The translations under genes were made by a program, and so were the position numbers. Shown here piece by piece: positions 19,745-28,510 of a DNA stretch of 64,000 nucleotides. Numbering within the stretch: position 1 is the first letter of the stretch; each line of letters starts with the position of its first letter. A model generated the notes under the pieces. It was not told where the DNA came from. It saw only the letters and a program-made list of their open reading frames with translations, and did not search any database. The DNA is from an uncultured Actinomycetota bacterium (GTDB lineage: Bacteria; Actinomycetota; Acidimicrobiia; Acidimicrobiales; Bog-793), in the NCBI GenBank assembly GCA_963764805.1, contig CAVXUB010000001.1, positions 331,840-395,839 on the forward strand. Reading direction: 5' to 3'.

Positions 19745-20921
19745 TAGTGGTCCGTCGCTAAAATAGCTACGTAGGCTAGAATGTGGGCATGCCGACTATC
19801 ATCGCTCCCCCGCTGGAGGTGACGGCCGAGCAGCTGTCGGAGCTTCAGGTGCTTGCCAACTCGACGGGTATGGCTTTCCGCACGGTGCGCCAGGCCAAGG
19901 CGCTGCTCGATGCGGCCGGCGGAGTGGCGAACGAGGAGATCGCCAGGCGGGCAGGCGCGTCGTCCGACACGGTGCGCTCGTGGCGCCGGCGCTTCGCCGA
20001 CAAGGGTGTGAGCGGTGTCGGCCGGATCGCAAAGGGCAGGGGCCGTAAGCCTTTTCTCCCCGATGGCACCGTGGCCGAGATAGTCCGGGTGACCCAGCAC
20101 GAACTGCCGGAGGACGGCACGACGCATTGGACCACACGGACATTGGCCGCGCGTTTCGGCGTCGGCAAGGACACGATCGCCCGCACCTGGCGGGACAACA
20201 GCCTGAAGCCCTGGCAACAGGCCACCTTCAAGCTCTCCGACGACCCGGAGTTCGAGGACAAGCTCGTCGATGTCGTCGGGCTCTATATGGACCCGCCCAA
20301 ACGGGCGGTCGTGTTCTCCTTCGACGAGAAGACCCAGGTGCCAGGCGATGGACCGCACCCAGCCGTCGCTGCCGATAAGCCCGGCCGGGCCGGCACCATG
20401 ACCCATGACTACAAGCGCAACGGCACGATCGACTTGTTCGCCGCGCTCAACGTCGGAACCGGCGAGGTGATCACCCACACCCGCAAGAGCCATACGGCGC
20501 GACGTTCTGGCCTTCTTCAAGCTCGTCGACCAATCTGTGCCCCGTCACTTGCAGATACACGTCGTGCTCGACAACCTCTCGGCCCACAAGGCGCCGGAGA
20601 TCCGGGAGTGGCTCGCCAAGCCCGCCAGAAGGGCCGCTGGCACCTCCACTACACGCCCACGTCGAGCTCGTGGGTCAACCTCGTCGAGCGATGGTTCAGG
20701 GAGCTGACGGACAAGCGCCTCCGACGGGCCGCTTCTCAAGCGTCGCATCGCTCGTCGCTGCCATCGAGCTGTGGGCGACCCACTGGAACACCGGCCCCAA
20801 GCCCTTCGTCTGGCACAAGACCGCCGAAGAGATCATCGAGAAAGTGTCTCGGGCTCGGGCGGCACTTTATGATGCCAAGGCGAGCGGCGAGGTCCTAAGT
20901 CAAATCCGCGACGCACCACTA
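19745..20921 (+). mobile_element. IS630-family insertion sequence (1177 bp)
   Basis: The ends TAGTGGTCCGTCGCTAAAATAGC (left) and GTCAAATCCGCGACGCACCACTA (right) form imperfect inverted repeats flanked by TA. The transposase gene lies inside. Confidence 0.85.
19789..20921 (+). pseudogene. IS630-family DDE transposase, frameshifted
   Basis: N-terminal HTH region, DEKTQV..THDYKRNGTIDLFAALNVGTGEV, then HLHYTPTSSSWVNLVERWFRELTDKRLRR and FVWHKTAEEIIEKV in shifted frames. Confidence 0.8.
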
Positions 20922-20927
20922 GCTAGG

Positions 20928-21884
20928 CTAACCCCCGGTAGGCGTATCGATCCCTGACCAGAGCACGTAGCGGCTCTTGCGGTCCGCTGCCATGCTTAGC
21001 AGTGACTTTAACATGGCCTTTGCGTCGTCGATGCTGTGGTCGTCATCGCTAAAAGTCACGTCGACGAACTCACCGAGCAGGGTAGTCTGTCCTCTGCGAA
21101 CATGTGACATCAGAAGAGCGTTGTCGAACAACACAATTGGCTGATACGACTCCGAGCTAAGCAGGGCCTTATTCAGTGCGAGCGTGTAGATGCCAGCGTT
21201 CTTATGCACCTGGAGCAGCTCAAGCATGTCGTTATCCGCGACTTCTTCGGCTGTCACCAGGAACACTCGGGTATGGCTGACACCAGGATGCTCTCGGGCA
21301 TGGTCGACGTATCGCATGAAGTATCCCCACCACTCCGGCTGACGCCAGTGAGCTAGGCCGAGTGCAGCCACGGCGGTCACGGCGGCTTGAGAGGTATCGA
21401 GAGCGCTGTTGACGAGGCGGAACTCCTCCTGGCGGTTCCGACAACGGAAGTGCCCGTTTCCGATGGCTATTGTCGCGGTGGTTTCTTCGTGGAGCCTCGC
21501 CACAACTTGCTGATACATGAACGGCTGACGATGTTGTCGAGCTGCACGTGCCGAAGCGAGAGCACGTTGGACAGAAGACATCAGTTCTGGGTGGTCAGCG
21601 AGCTCGAGAGCAGTTGGCAGCAGTTCCTGCTCGAGACGGTCCAAGCGAGTCTGTAGTAACCGGCTGGCGCGATCCGAGTGGCTTCTCACCGCAATGACCA
21701 GTGCGGCAACGACGCTAACGAGTGCGGCCAGTATACGTAGGCGGACGCTATCGCTCGGAAAGAGTGCTCCGGTGACGCCCACCGCGAGGGACAGGCCAAT
21801 CGCCATTAGTTCGACGCGACTAAATCCCTGAGGCGGGTCGCCGGCCACTCGGGCTGACTTGGCTGTCGCAAGGTTATGGTTCAT
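20928..21884 (-). CDS. Two-TM protein with uncharacterised C-terminal alpha/beta-like domain
   Basis: ATG at 21884, 13 nt after the DUF4392 stop. TM1 is VELMAIGLSLAVGVTGALF and TM2 is LRILAALVSVVAALVIAV, followed by a coiled segment and an unassigned domain. GC is lower than the background. Confidence 0.5.
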   Translation of the reverse strand: MNHNLATAKSARVAGDPPQGFSRVELMAIGLSLAVGVTGALFPSDSVRLRILAALVSVVAALVIAVRSHSDRASRLLQTRLDRLEQELLPTALELADHPELMSSVQRALASARAARQHRQPFMYQQVVARLHEETTATIAIGNGHFRCRNRQEEFRLVNSALDTSQAAVTAVAALGLAHWRQPEWWGYFMRYVDHAREHPGVSHTRVFLVTAEEVADNDMLELLQVHKNAGIYTLALNKALLSSESYQPIVLFDNALLMSHVRRGQTTLLGEFVDVTFSDDDHSIDDAKAMLKSLLSMAADRKSRYVLWSGIDTPTGG

Positions 21885-21897
21885 TGGTGGCCTCGCT

Positions 21898-22818
21898 TTA
21901 CTGGGGGCTGCTGGTTGCCAAGGCTCGGACATCACGAAGCACCGCCTCATGAATATCCTCGGAGAGGCCGTCGACCGAGCGTGTCGGCTGTCGGGTGATG
22001 CCATCGACCGCAGGACCTTCGGTCAGAAGGGCTGAAAGGACCATCTCATGCATCGTCGGTTCAAGTGCGGTGAGAATCGGCGTGATCCACCGTGGCTTGG
22101 CCACGGCGAGGGCGGCTAGCAGGCCGAAGGCCCCCCAGTTGGAGCAACCGGCAACGATCAGCGCATCACACGAAACACGGCAGTGGATGACCTCGCCCAA
22201 TGGGACACTGGAAGCCACAAGATTATGAGGCAGATTGCCCATTCCAATTTCATTGCCGCCGTCGCCCACCGAGATGCGACACCACGCGAGCTGCTCAAAG
22301 AGAACGTGCAGCAGCCCGGTCACTGCGGTCCGATCTGTTCCCCGCATGCTGCGAACGACACCATCGGCCGCAGGACCCAACCGTTCGATCGAAATAACGT
22401 GACTTGTTTGCCTCAGCGGAACGACCGGTAGTCTGTTCCAAACGACCTCATCAGTTTGTGCCGCTCCAGGCGGAAGATACCCCACTGGTGCGTCAGCGCG
22501 CGACGCGGTAACGGCGGCCTCCGCGGCGTGAAAGGTCAGGTCGTCGGTCAAAACGACGGTCGGCACGCCTATGGCACTGAGTGCGAATGCCAGCAGAGCC
22601 GCTCCTATGGGACCGTCGGTCTCTGCCGCAGGCGGCTCGCCTTCAGGAATAAAGCAACCGGTCATGATCGCGACGGATACCTCGTCGCTCTGCGTCAGAG
22701 CCTCAACGGCGCGGACGAGGCTTCCGCGAGCGAACTTCGCCATTGCCGCTATTCCCCGTCCCGGATCTCGAGCGCAACGACTTTCAATCGCCATAATTGC
22801 GTCACTCTGATCAGCCAT
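21898..22818 (-). CDS. DUF4392 (D-glutamate cyclase-like) domain protein
   Basis: About 306 aa from the ATG at 22818. Motifs TGCFIP..ETDGPIGA and SVGDGGNEIGMGN are characteristic of the DUF4392 family as I recall it. Confidence 0.6.
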   Translation of the reverse strand: MADQSDAIMAIESRCARDPGRGIAAMAKFARGSLVRAVEALTQSDEVSVAIMTGCFIPEGEPPAAETDGPIGAALLAFALSAIGVPTVVLTDDLTFHAAEAAVTASRADAPVGYLPPGAAQTDEVVWNRLPVVPLRQTSHVISIERLGPAADGVVRSMRGTDRTAVTGLLHVLFEQLAWCRISVGDGGNEIGMGNLPHNLVASSVPLGEVIHCRVSCDALIVAGCSNWGAFGLLAALAVAKPRWITPILTALEPTMHEMVLSALLTEGPAVDGITRQPTRSVDGLSEDIHEAVLRDVRALATSSPQ

Positions 22819-22833
22819 CTCAGCGCGATACTC

Positions 22834-23028
22834 AGTGGTGCGTCGCGGATTTGACTTGGGACCTCGCCGCTCGCTTGGCCTGGCGCACCGTGCGGAAAGC
22901 CATACCCGTCGAGTTGGCAAGCACCTGAAGCTCCGACAGCTGCTCGGCCGTCACCCCCAGCGGGGGAGCGATGATCATCGGCATACCCACATTCTAGCCT
23001 ACACAGCTATTTTAGCGACGGACCACTA
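22834..23028 (-). mobile_element. 195-bp MITE-like internal-deletion derivative of the neighbouring IS630, inverted
   Basis: 22834-22873 matches the reverse complement of about 20881-20921. The remainder matches the reverse complement of about 19745-19897 with a few mismatches. The outer end is ..GGACCACTA. Confidence 0.85.
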
Positions 23029-23294
23029 GCGGGCGACGATCCCATCCAGGCCAACCAGGTCCTTCAGGACTTATGGGAGACTAGTCTCCATCGGCAGGGT
23101 CGGACACCTTGCCGTCCAGCACAGCGATCTGCATAGCCGGGTGGGGGCGAGCTGGCAGAGCCACCACCGTTGCAGCGACGGTCAGCCCGTACTCCTCGCC
23201 GGGCACTCGGTTCTTCTACCGATGGCCCCGGCAGTTCCACGGGCGTCTAGCGGAGTGCCTGGGTAACCGCGGGCTCGTGACGGGCTACCGACCG

Positions 23295-24471
23295 CTACCT
23301 GTTGCCCTTGGCGCGGTTGTGCGTCTGGCAGAGCATCGTCAGGTTCGACAGGTCCGTGCCTCCGCCCTTCGACCAGGCGGTGACGTGGTCGGCGTCCATC
23401 TCGTTCAGCTTGTAGATCCGGGTCTTGTTGCTGTCGGTCGCCGAGCGCGCACAGCGGGCAGTTCGAGACGCCCTTGGCCTTCGCCTTCTGGGTCTGCTGC
23501 TCGTACGCCGGCGCGCTTGGTCTTCTCGTCGAACAGCCGGACGTCGAGCAGTTGCGGTGCGGTCTTGCCGCCAAGCAGGTACTCGTAGATGCCTTTGGCG
23601 CTCGTGGACGTCGGGATCAGCGCGGAGCTCGTCGACGGCCTTGTCGATCTCAGCGGCGTTGTAGGACGTTCGAGTGGTAGGTCTCGTAGAGCCGCCCCCA
23701 CTCCAGGCCGCGCATCTCCTTGTCAGGGGTCGGGTGAAGACGCTGCCGATCCAGTCGATGACCGAGGTGAAGTAGGTCTTTAAAGCCGGCGATGTCGGTG
23801 TCGCCGCGGTGCTGCGCAAGGTAGGCGTCGATGCTGATTCCCTGGATGACGCGACCCAGTCGAGCGCCACCTCGAGGATCTCCTGGCGCTTCGGGTCGCC
23901 TTTGATGATACGACGGACCACTTCTGCATGTTGGCGTTGCTCGAGTTCGAGTACTCGGCCTTCGCCTTGGTGACGAACGGGCCGGAGTAGATCGCGTTGA
24001 GCAGCTCCTGCTTGTTGAGCGGTACGCCGGCGATGTTGATGGTCTGGAACCACTCCTTGATCTCGGTCTCGGTGCCCTCGCATTCGTAGATGTCAAGCTT
24101 GCTGGCGAGGATCTTCTGCTGGTCGTCCTTCGGCAGCGACGAGAAGATCTGCTCCTTGCCCGACGACTTTGATGGCGAACTTGCCGGTGACGAACCGGCC
24201 GAAGCTGGTGATGCGCTGCTGGCCGTCGAGGACCTCGAGAGCGCGCCGCCCTTTCGACGTTGAAGTAGATCAGCCCGAGCGGGTAGCCCTTGAGCAGTGA
24301 GTCGATGACGGCGACGTCCCGCTTGCCGTCGCCGTAGATGTAGTGGCGCTGGAACTCCGGCTGGATGACGAGCCTCCCGCCGAGGCCGAACAGCCCCTTG
24401 CCTTCAAGCTCGTTGTAGACGAAGCCGTCGAGGACCTGCTCGACGGTGTAGTGCTGCAGGTTGGTCTTCAC
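23295..24471 (-). pseudogene. DUF262 (ParB-like) + HNH nuclease, GmrSD-like, multiply frameshifted
   Basis: The N-terminus has [38 protein letters not shown] (ORF 23650-24471). The C-terminus has EMDADHVTAWSKGGGTDLSNLTMLCQTHNRAKGN (ORF 23295-24083). Middle parts lie in other frames. Confidence 0.7.
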
Positions 24472-24495
24472 TAGTCGTCCTTCCGGGCCGGATCG

Positions 24496-25701
24496 CTAGA
24501 TGCGCTTGAAGGGAACGTATGGCCGTGGGTGGTAGAGAAAGAGCTTTCGACGCCCGGACTGTTCGCAGCGGTACCACCGGCCGCGTAGTAGTCGAGCGAC
24601 ACGCTTTTGACGCCAAGGGCTCAACCCCATACGCTTCGGTCTGCTCCATGTCTTCCGTGTTGCCGAGATCTCGAACTGGTCTGGGTTGTACTTGTCGAGG
24701 AACGAGATCGGAACACCCATCACACCGTCGTAGTCGCTCGGGATGGCATCGGTACGAACGGCACCTCGATAGCGTCGTAGTTGTCGTACTTCTGGTAGCT
24801 CGACGCCGCCGAGCTGCCTTGATGAGTCTTGTTGAACTTGATGTTGTCGGCCATGGTCATCAGCTGAAGGGGCTCGTGCCGGCGTCCATGGTCGATGTTC
24901 GTGAACCAACGAATTCCCTTGACTCGGATGTACTTGTTCCCGTGCTCGTCGACGGATAGCCGAGCCTGCTGCGTCCAGCGGGCATAATGCGAGGGAACCC
25001 TCGGAACGCGCGGACACCAGCGTTGAGATGCTCGGCCCTTACCACAGCGGTTGGCCTTGATGTGCGGGAAGATCTCGTTGTAGGTGATGGCGTTCATGTT
25101 GCCGATCACGGAGAACTGGCAGTCGGCGTCGAACAGCCAGTTCATGAAGGGCCGGAACAAGCTGAACGGCGGGTTGGTGATGACGATGTCGGCCTCGTCG
25201 CGCAGCGCCGTCACCTCGGCGCTGCGGAAGTCGCCGTCGCCTTCGAGGTAGTCCCACTGGAGGTCGTCGATGTTGACGACGCCGTCGCCGTTGATGTCCT
25301 GCGCTTCCAGGACGAACTTCTTGCCGTTGGCACGCGGTCCTTGGTGCCGTCGAACGCCGGGCTTCTGGTCTCGAAGAGGGTCGGCTGGTAGTCGAGCGAC
25401 CGGAGTTGCTGTCAGGGGCGTACGACGTCGAGATCAGCTTCTTGAGGCCGTAGTCCGTGAAGTGCAGCGCGAAGAACTTGGTGAAGTTGCACCACTCGGG
25501 GTCGTCACACGGCAGCAGGATTACCTTGTCGCGGAACACGTCGGGGTCGTACTCGAGGTAGGCGTTCATCTCGCGCTCGATGTCCGCCCACTGCGTGTAG
25601 AACTCGTCGTTCTTGGCCGCCTTCGCCGCGACCAGGTCGGTGTTCTTAACCCCCGCCCGTGCGGTCTTCGGGATTGGGTCGTTCTCCAGGGTCTCCGTCA
25701 C
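24496..25701 (-). pseudogene. EcoRI-methylase-like N6-adenine DNA methyltransferase, multiply frameshifted
   Basis: AAKNDEFYTQWADIEREMNAYLEYDPDVFRDKVILLPCDDPEWCNFTKFF (ORF 25039-25752), DIVITNPPFSLFRPFMNWL (ORF 24720-25214) and the C-terminus in ORF 24496-25017. The start could be the GTG at 25701 or the ATG at 25752. Confidence 0.75.
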
Positions 25702-26293
25702 TATGCTTCGCTCGCTGCTCTCCAACGCCGCCGACGGAAGGAGTCGGCGCAACTCACACTAGACCGTCGGTGCCTTGCCAGCAGGATACCGGCGTGCCGG
25801 ACTGTCGTCACGCTCCGAGCGGGCGAGGATCGAGAACCGAGATGCAGACGATCACACGTTATCGGTCACCTCCCATCGGTGTCAGAGCCTGGCCCACCCC
25901 ACAGCCGGAAACCGAACAAGGCACCCAACACACCAGTCGCACGCGCCGCGCTGCGCTATGCCAGACCCGCTCGCTGAGGGGTTGCGGCGTCGCTGTGGCC
26001 AGGGAAAGCGGCACGACTCGAGATGCGGTCGGAAGCCGCGGGAGGTTCCCGGACTGACCTATGGCTTCGATGTTCAAGATCGGTTTGTCCATCCCGCGTC
26101 GATCCCGCGGACGCCGCCGATCGCCAGCGGACGTATACCCCTTCTGACGTGGGACAACGTGGCGGAATCAGGCGGCGAAAGTCAGAGGAGCAGCACTGAT
26201 AATGCTGAGCTGGCTGGCTCGATTCCCGCTATCCCCAGCTAGGCGGACCCGACCCGGTCGAGGGAGCGTGCTCACGCCCGGTAGCCTTACGGC

Positions 26294-26584
26294 ATGCCCG
26301 TCACGGAGGAAGAAATCGTCGCACGAGCCAGAGCATTCATCGCTTCGTCGGCAGTTACGGTGGAGGAACAGTACTTGAAAGAGGCCTGCCGCCGGTCACT
26401 GACATTTCTCGAGGTCGGTCCTGCAGCCGTCGAGCTGGAGCTGGAGCATGCCGCTCGGGTGGCGGTCGCCGTCGAGGGAGTCGCGGACCTCCTCCGAGCG
26501 GGTCGCAGCGCGGAGGACATCGTCACCTCTGTCCCCTCTGAGCAACTCGCCCTCGTCAAGCAGGTTCTGTCGGCAGCGGGCTGA
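26294..26584 (+). CDS. Small acidic hypothetical protein (96 aa)
   Basis: Intact ORF with moderately high third-position GC. No family recognised. Confidence 0.35.
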   Translation: MPVTEEEIVARARAFIASSAVTVEEQYLKEACRRSLTFLEVGPAAVELELEHAARVAVAVEGVADLLRAGRSAEDIVTSVPSEQLALVKQVLSAAG

Positions 26585-27678
26585 TCCGTCAGAATCCGAA
26601 GTCTCCACAACATCCCCGCCCTCGCCGGATCATGGTTCCGCAGCCGGTGACCTGGCCACTGTTAGCCACCTCGCCGGAAACGCACAACCACGGACGCCAC
26701 TGATTCGCGCACGGCTCGCGGACGGCACCTTTCGCGAGGACCGGTCGAGCCGCTGCTGTAGCTCGACGAACGTGTCCTGAGCTGGCAGGTAGGTCGAGAG
26801 CGGGCGACGAGAATCCAACTCGCGTCCTCAGCTTGGGAAGCCGCCCAAGAGTGTTCCTTCGACGTGGGACTTCTCAAGAACCAGAAGCTCAGCGGGCCTT
26901 CCGACCGACCGCCAGCGACCGGTCGTGCCCGTCCCTGATCTGCTTTTCGGGTACGGATCGCGCACGCCGAGGAGGTTCTGCTACAGCGACCGGGGCCGCT
27001 TTGCGCGGCGGATCGCGGTGCTCTACCTTCCTGACTGCTTTGGCCGCGCACGCACGAACGCGGCGATCAGCATTCGTCTCGCCAATGGCTTCATCACGAC
27101 GATCATGCTCGATCGGGTAGGGATCGCTCCGGATCTTCCCTGGGAGGACAGGGCGACCTGAATGGCCGGCCTCCTTCAAGCGAGGAGACGAGCCAAGAAC
27201 AAAGGGGACAAGAGACTCAGGCGCCATGACGCGCCAGCGGCCGTCCCCTCGCTTGTCCAATGGTGCCTGCTGCCACTGACCGGGCCGTCAAGGCGCTCCG
27301 CTCGCACCCCCGGTCCGTGCCGCTGACGCCAACTCGGCGCACTGCTCGCTCCGACCTATGACTGCCCTGTCGAGTTCTTGCACGCGACTGCCTCGTCAGA
27401 GCCGGCGACCGGCCCAACGACCCACCCAAGGAAGAGAAGCTCCCAAGAAAGGCGATCTGGGGCTGACGGGCCGAGGCGACGATCTGGCGGCGGAGAGGGG
27501 GATACCTCATCCGCCTGCGGCTGGGGTAAGCGGGGCAGAATCTTGGGGTCAGCCCTGACTAAGGAGGCCGCTGACGATGCCGCTACCAGCCCCTACCCGT
27601 TTCGCTAGACCCTCCTAGTGGTCCGTCTGTGCAATGGGATGGGTATCCGCAGATCGCGATCGCTGACGGTAGCGTCAG

Positions 27679-28413
27679 TTGCGCATGGACGAGCCATTCC
27701 CCACGAGCGCTCACACCCTCGAGGCACGCGCCCACGGACGAGCCAACGAGATTGTCGAAGGGGTGCTGCGCTGCCTGGTCGGCGAAGCGCTCCGTGCGGT
27801 CACGCGCGCTACGGACATGATCGTCCTCGGGTTCGGGGAAGACGTGTTGCCGACGGCGATCGTGTACAAGGGTGCCGACCCTGAGCGGGCAGCTGACACT
27901 GAACGCCGAAACCAGACACCGATCGCCCGCATCAGGCTCCACGTTCAATGCCCGTTCCGTCTCGACTCGTCGTCAGGGCCGTTCGTGGGCGGCCATGACG
28001 TCTACAACGGCGCCGAACCGCCCCACGGGCGGCTTGACGATGACTCGTGGGACCCCATCGGAAGTAGCGCCTCGCGCTCGTCGGTCATGGGAGTGGGTAT
28101 CTTCTTCGTGAGGTCATGCATACACCACGGCACTCGGGCCGGTTTTCGTTCCGAGGACTCTCTGACTGGGAGTTCACATCGACGCCTTGGCATCGCCCTG
28201 TCGCAGGACACCGTTCCAAATCACGAGGTGAGCCGACTGCTCGGTCGGCACAGCCACGCGCGGCCATCGGACCATGCCCCTAGGCTCGGGCCAGATTCGG
28301 ACGAGGTGGTTCTTGAGCGCAGGCGAGATCCGTGCGTTCCACGCCCTTGCAGGCCGGGGCTCGGCAGCGACGAAGTCGATCGTGAAGATCTGGAATCCGA
28401 CATACCCCAGTGA
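27679..28413 (+). CDS. Hypothetical protein, possibly frameshifted
   Basis: Only the N-terminal ~110 aa look protein-like (IVEGVLRCLVGEALRAVTRATDMIVLGFGEDV..ARIRLHVQCPFRLDSSSGPFVGGHDVY). The rest is low quality. Confidence 0.25.
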   Translation: MRMDEPFPTSAHTLEARAHGRANEIVEGVLRCLVGEALRAVTRATDMIVLGFGEDVLPTAIVYKGADPERAADTERRNQTPIARIRLHVQCPFRLDSSSGPFVGGHDVYNGAEPPHGRLDDDSWDPIGSSASRSSVMGVGIFFVRSCIHHGTRAGFRSEDSLTGSSHRRLGIALSQDTVPNHEVSRLLGRHSHARPSDHAPRLGPDSDEVVLERRRDPCVPRPCRPGLGSDEVDREDLESDIPQ

Positions 28414-28433
28414 GAGGGTCGTGAAGTGCCCAT

Positions 28434-28450
28434 CTAGGCTAGCTAGCTAG
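28434..28450. repeat. CTAG-rich element ctaggctagctagctag (TAG in every frame on both strands)
   Basis: Read directly. It lies between two convergent ORFs. Confidence 0.9.
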
Positions 28451-28510
28451 TTCCACCAGACGTGAAGGCACTACCCGCGACGCCAACGGCGAGACAGAAG
28501 GTTCGCCACC

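Noticed and set aside
26151-26237. tRNA-like segment: GTGGCGGAAT D-arm-like start, hairpin CAGCA-CTGATAA-TGCTG, and GCTGG-CTCGATT-CCCGC T-arm-like part
   Set aside because: No 7-bp acceptor stem can be formed. The region between the 5' end and the anticodon-like hairpin is about 14 nt too long, and the T stem has a mismatch. At best it is a tRNA-derived relic. tRNAscan-SE or ARAGORN would confirm.
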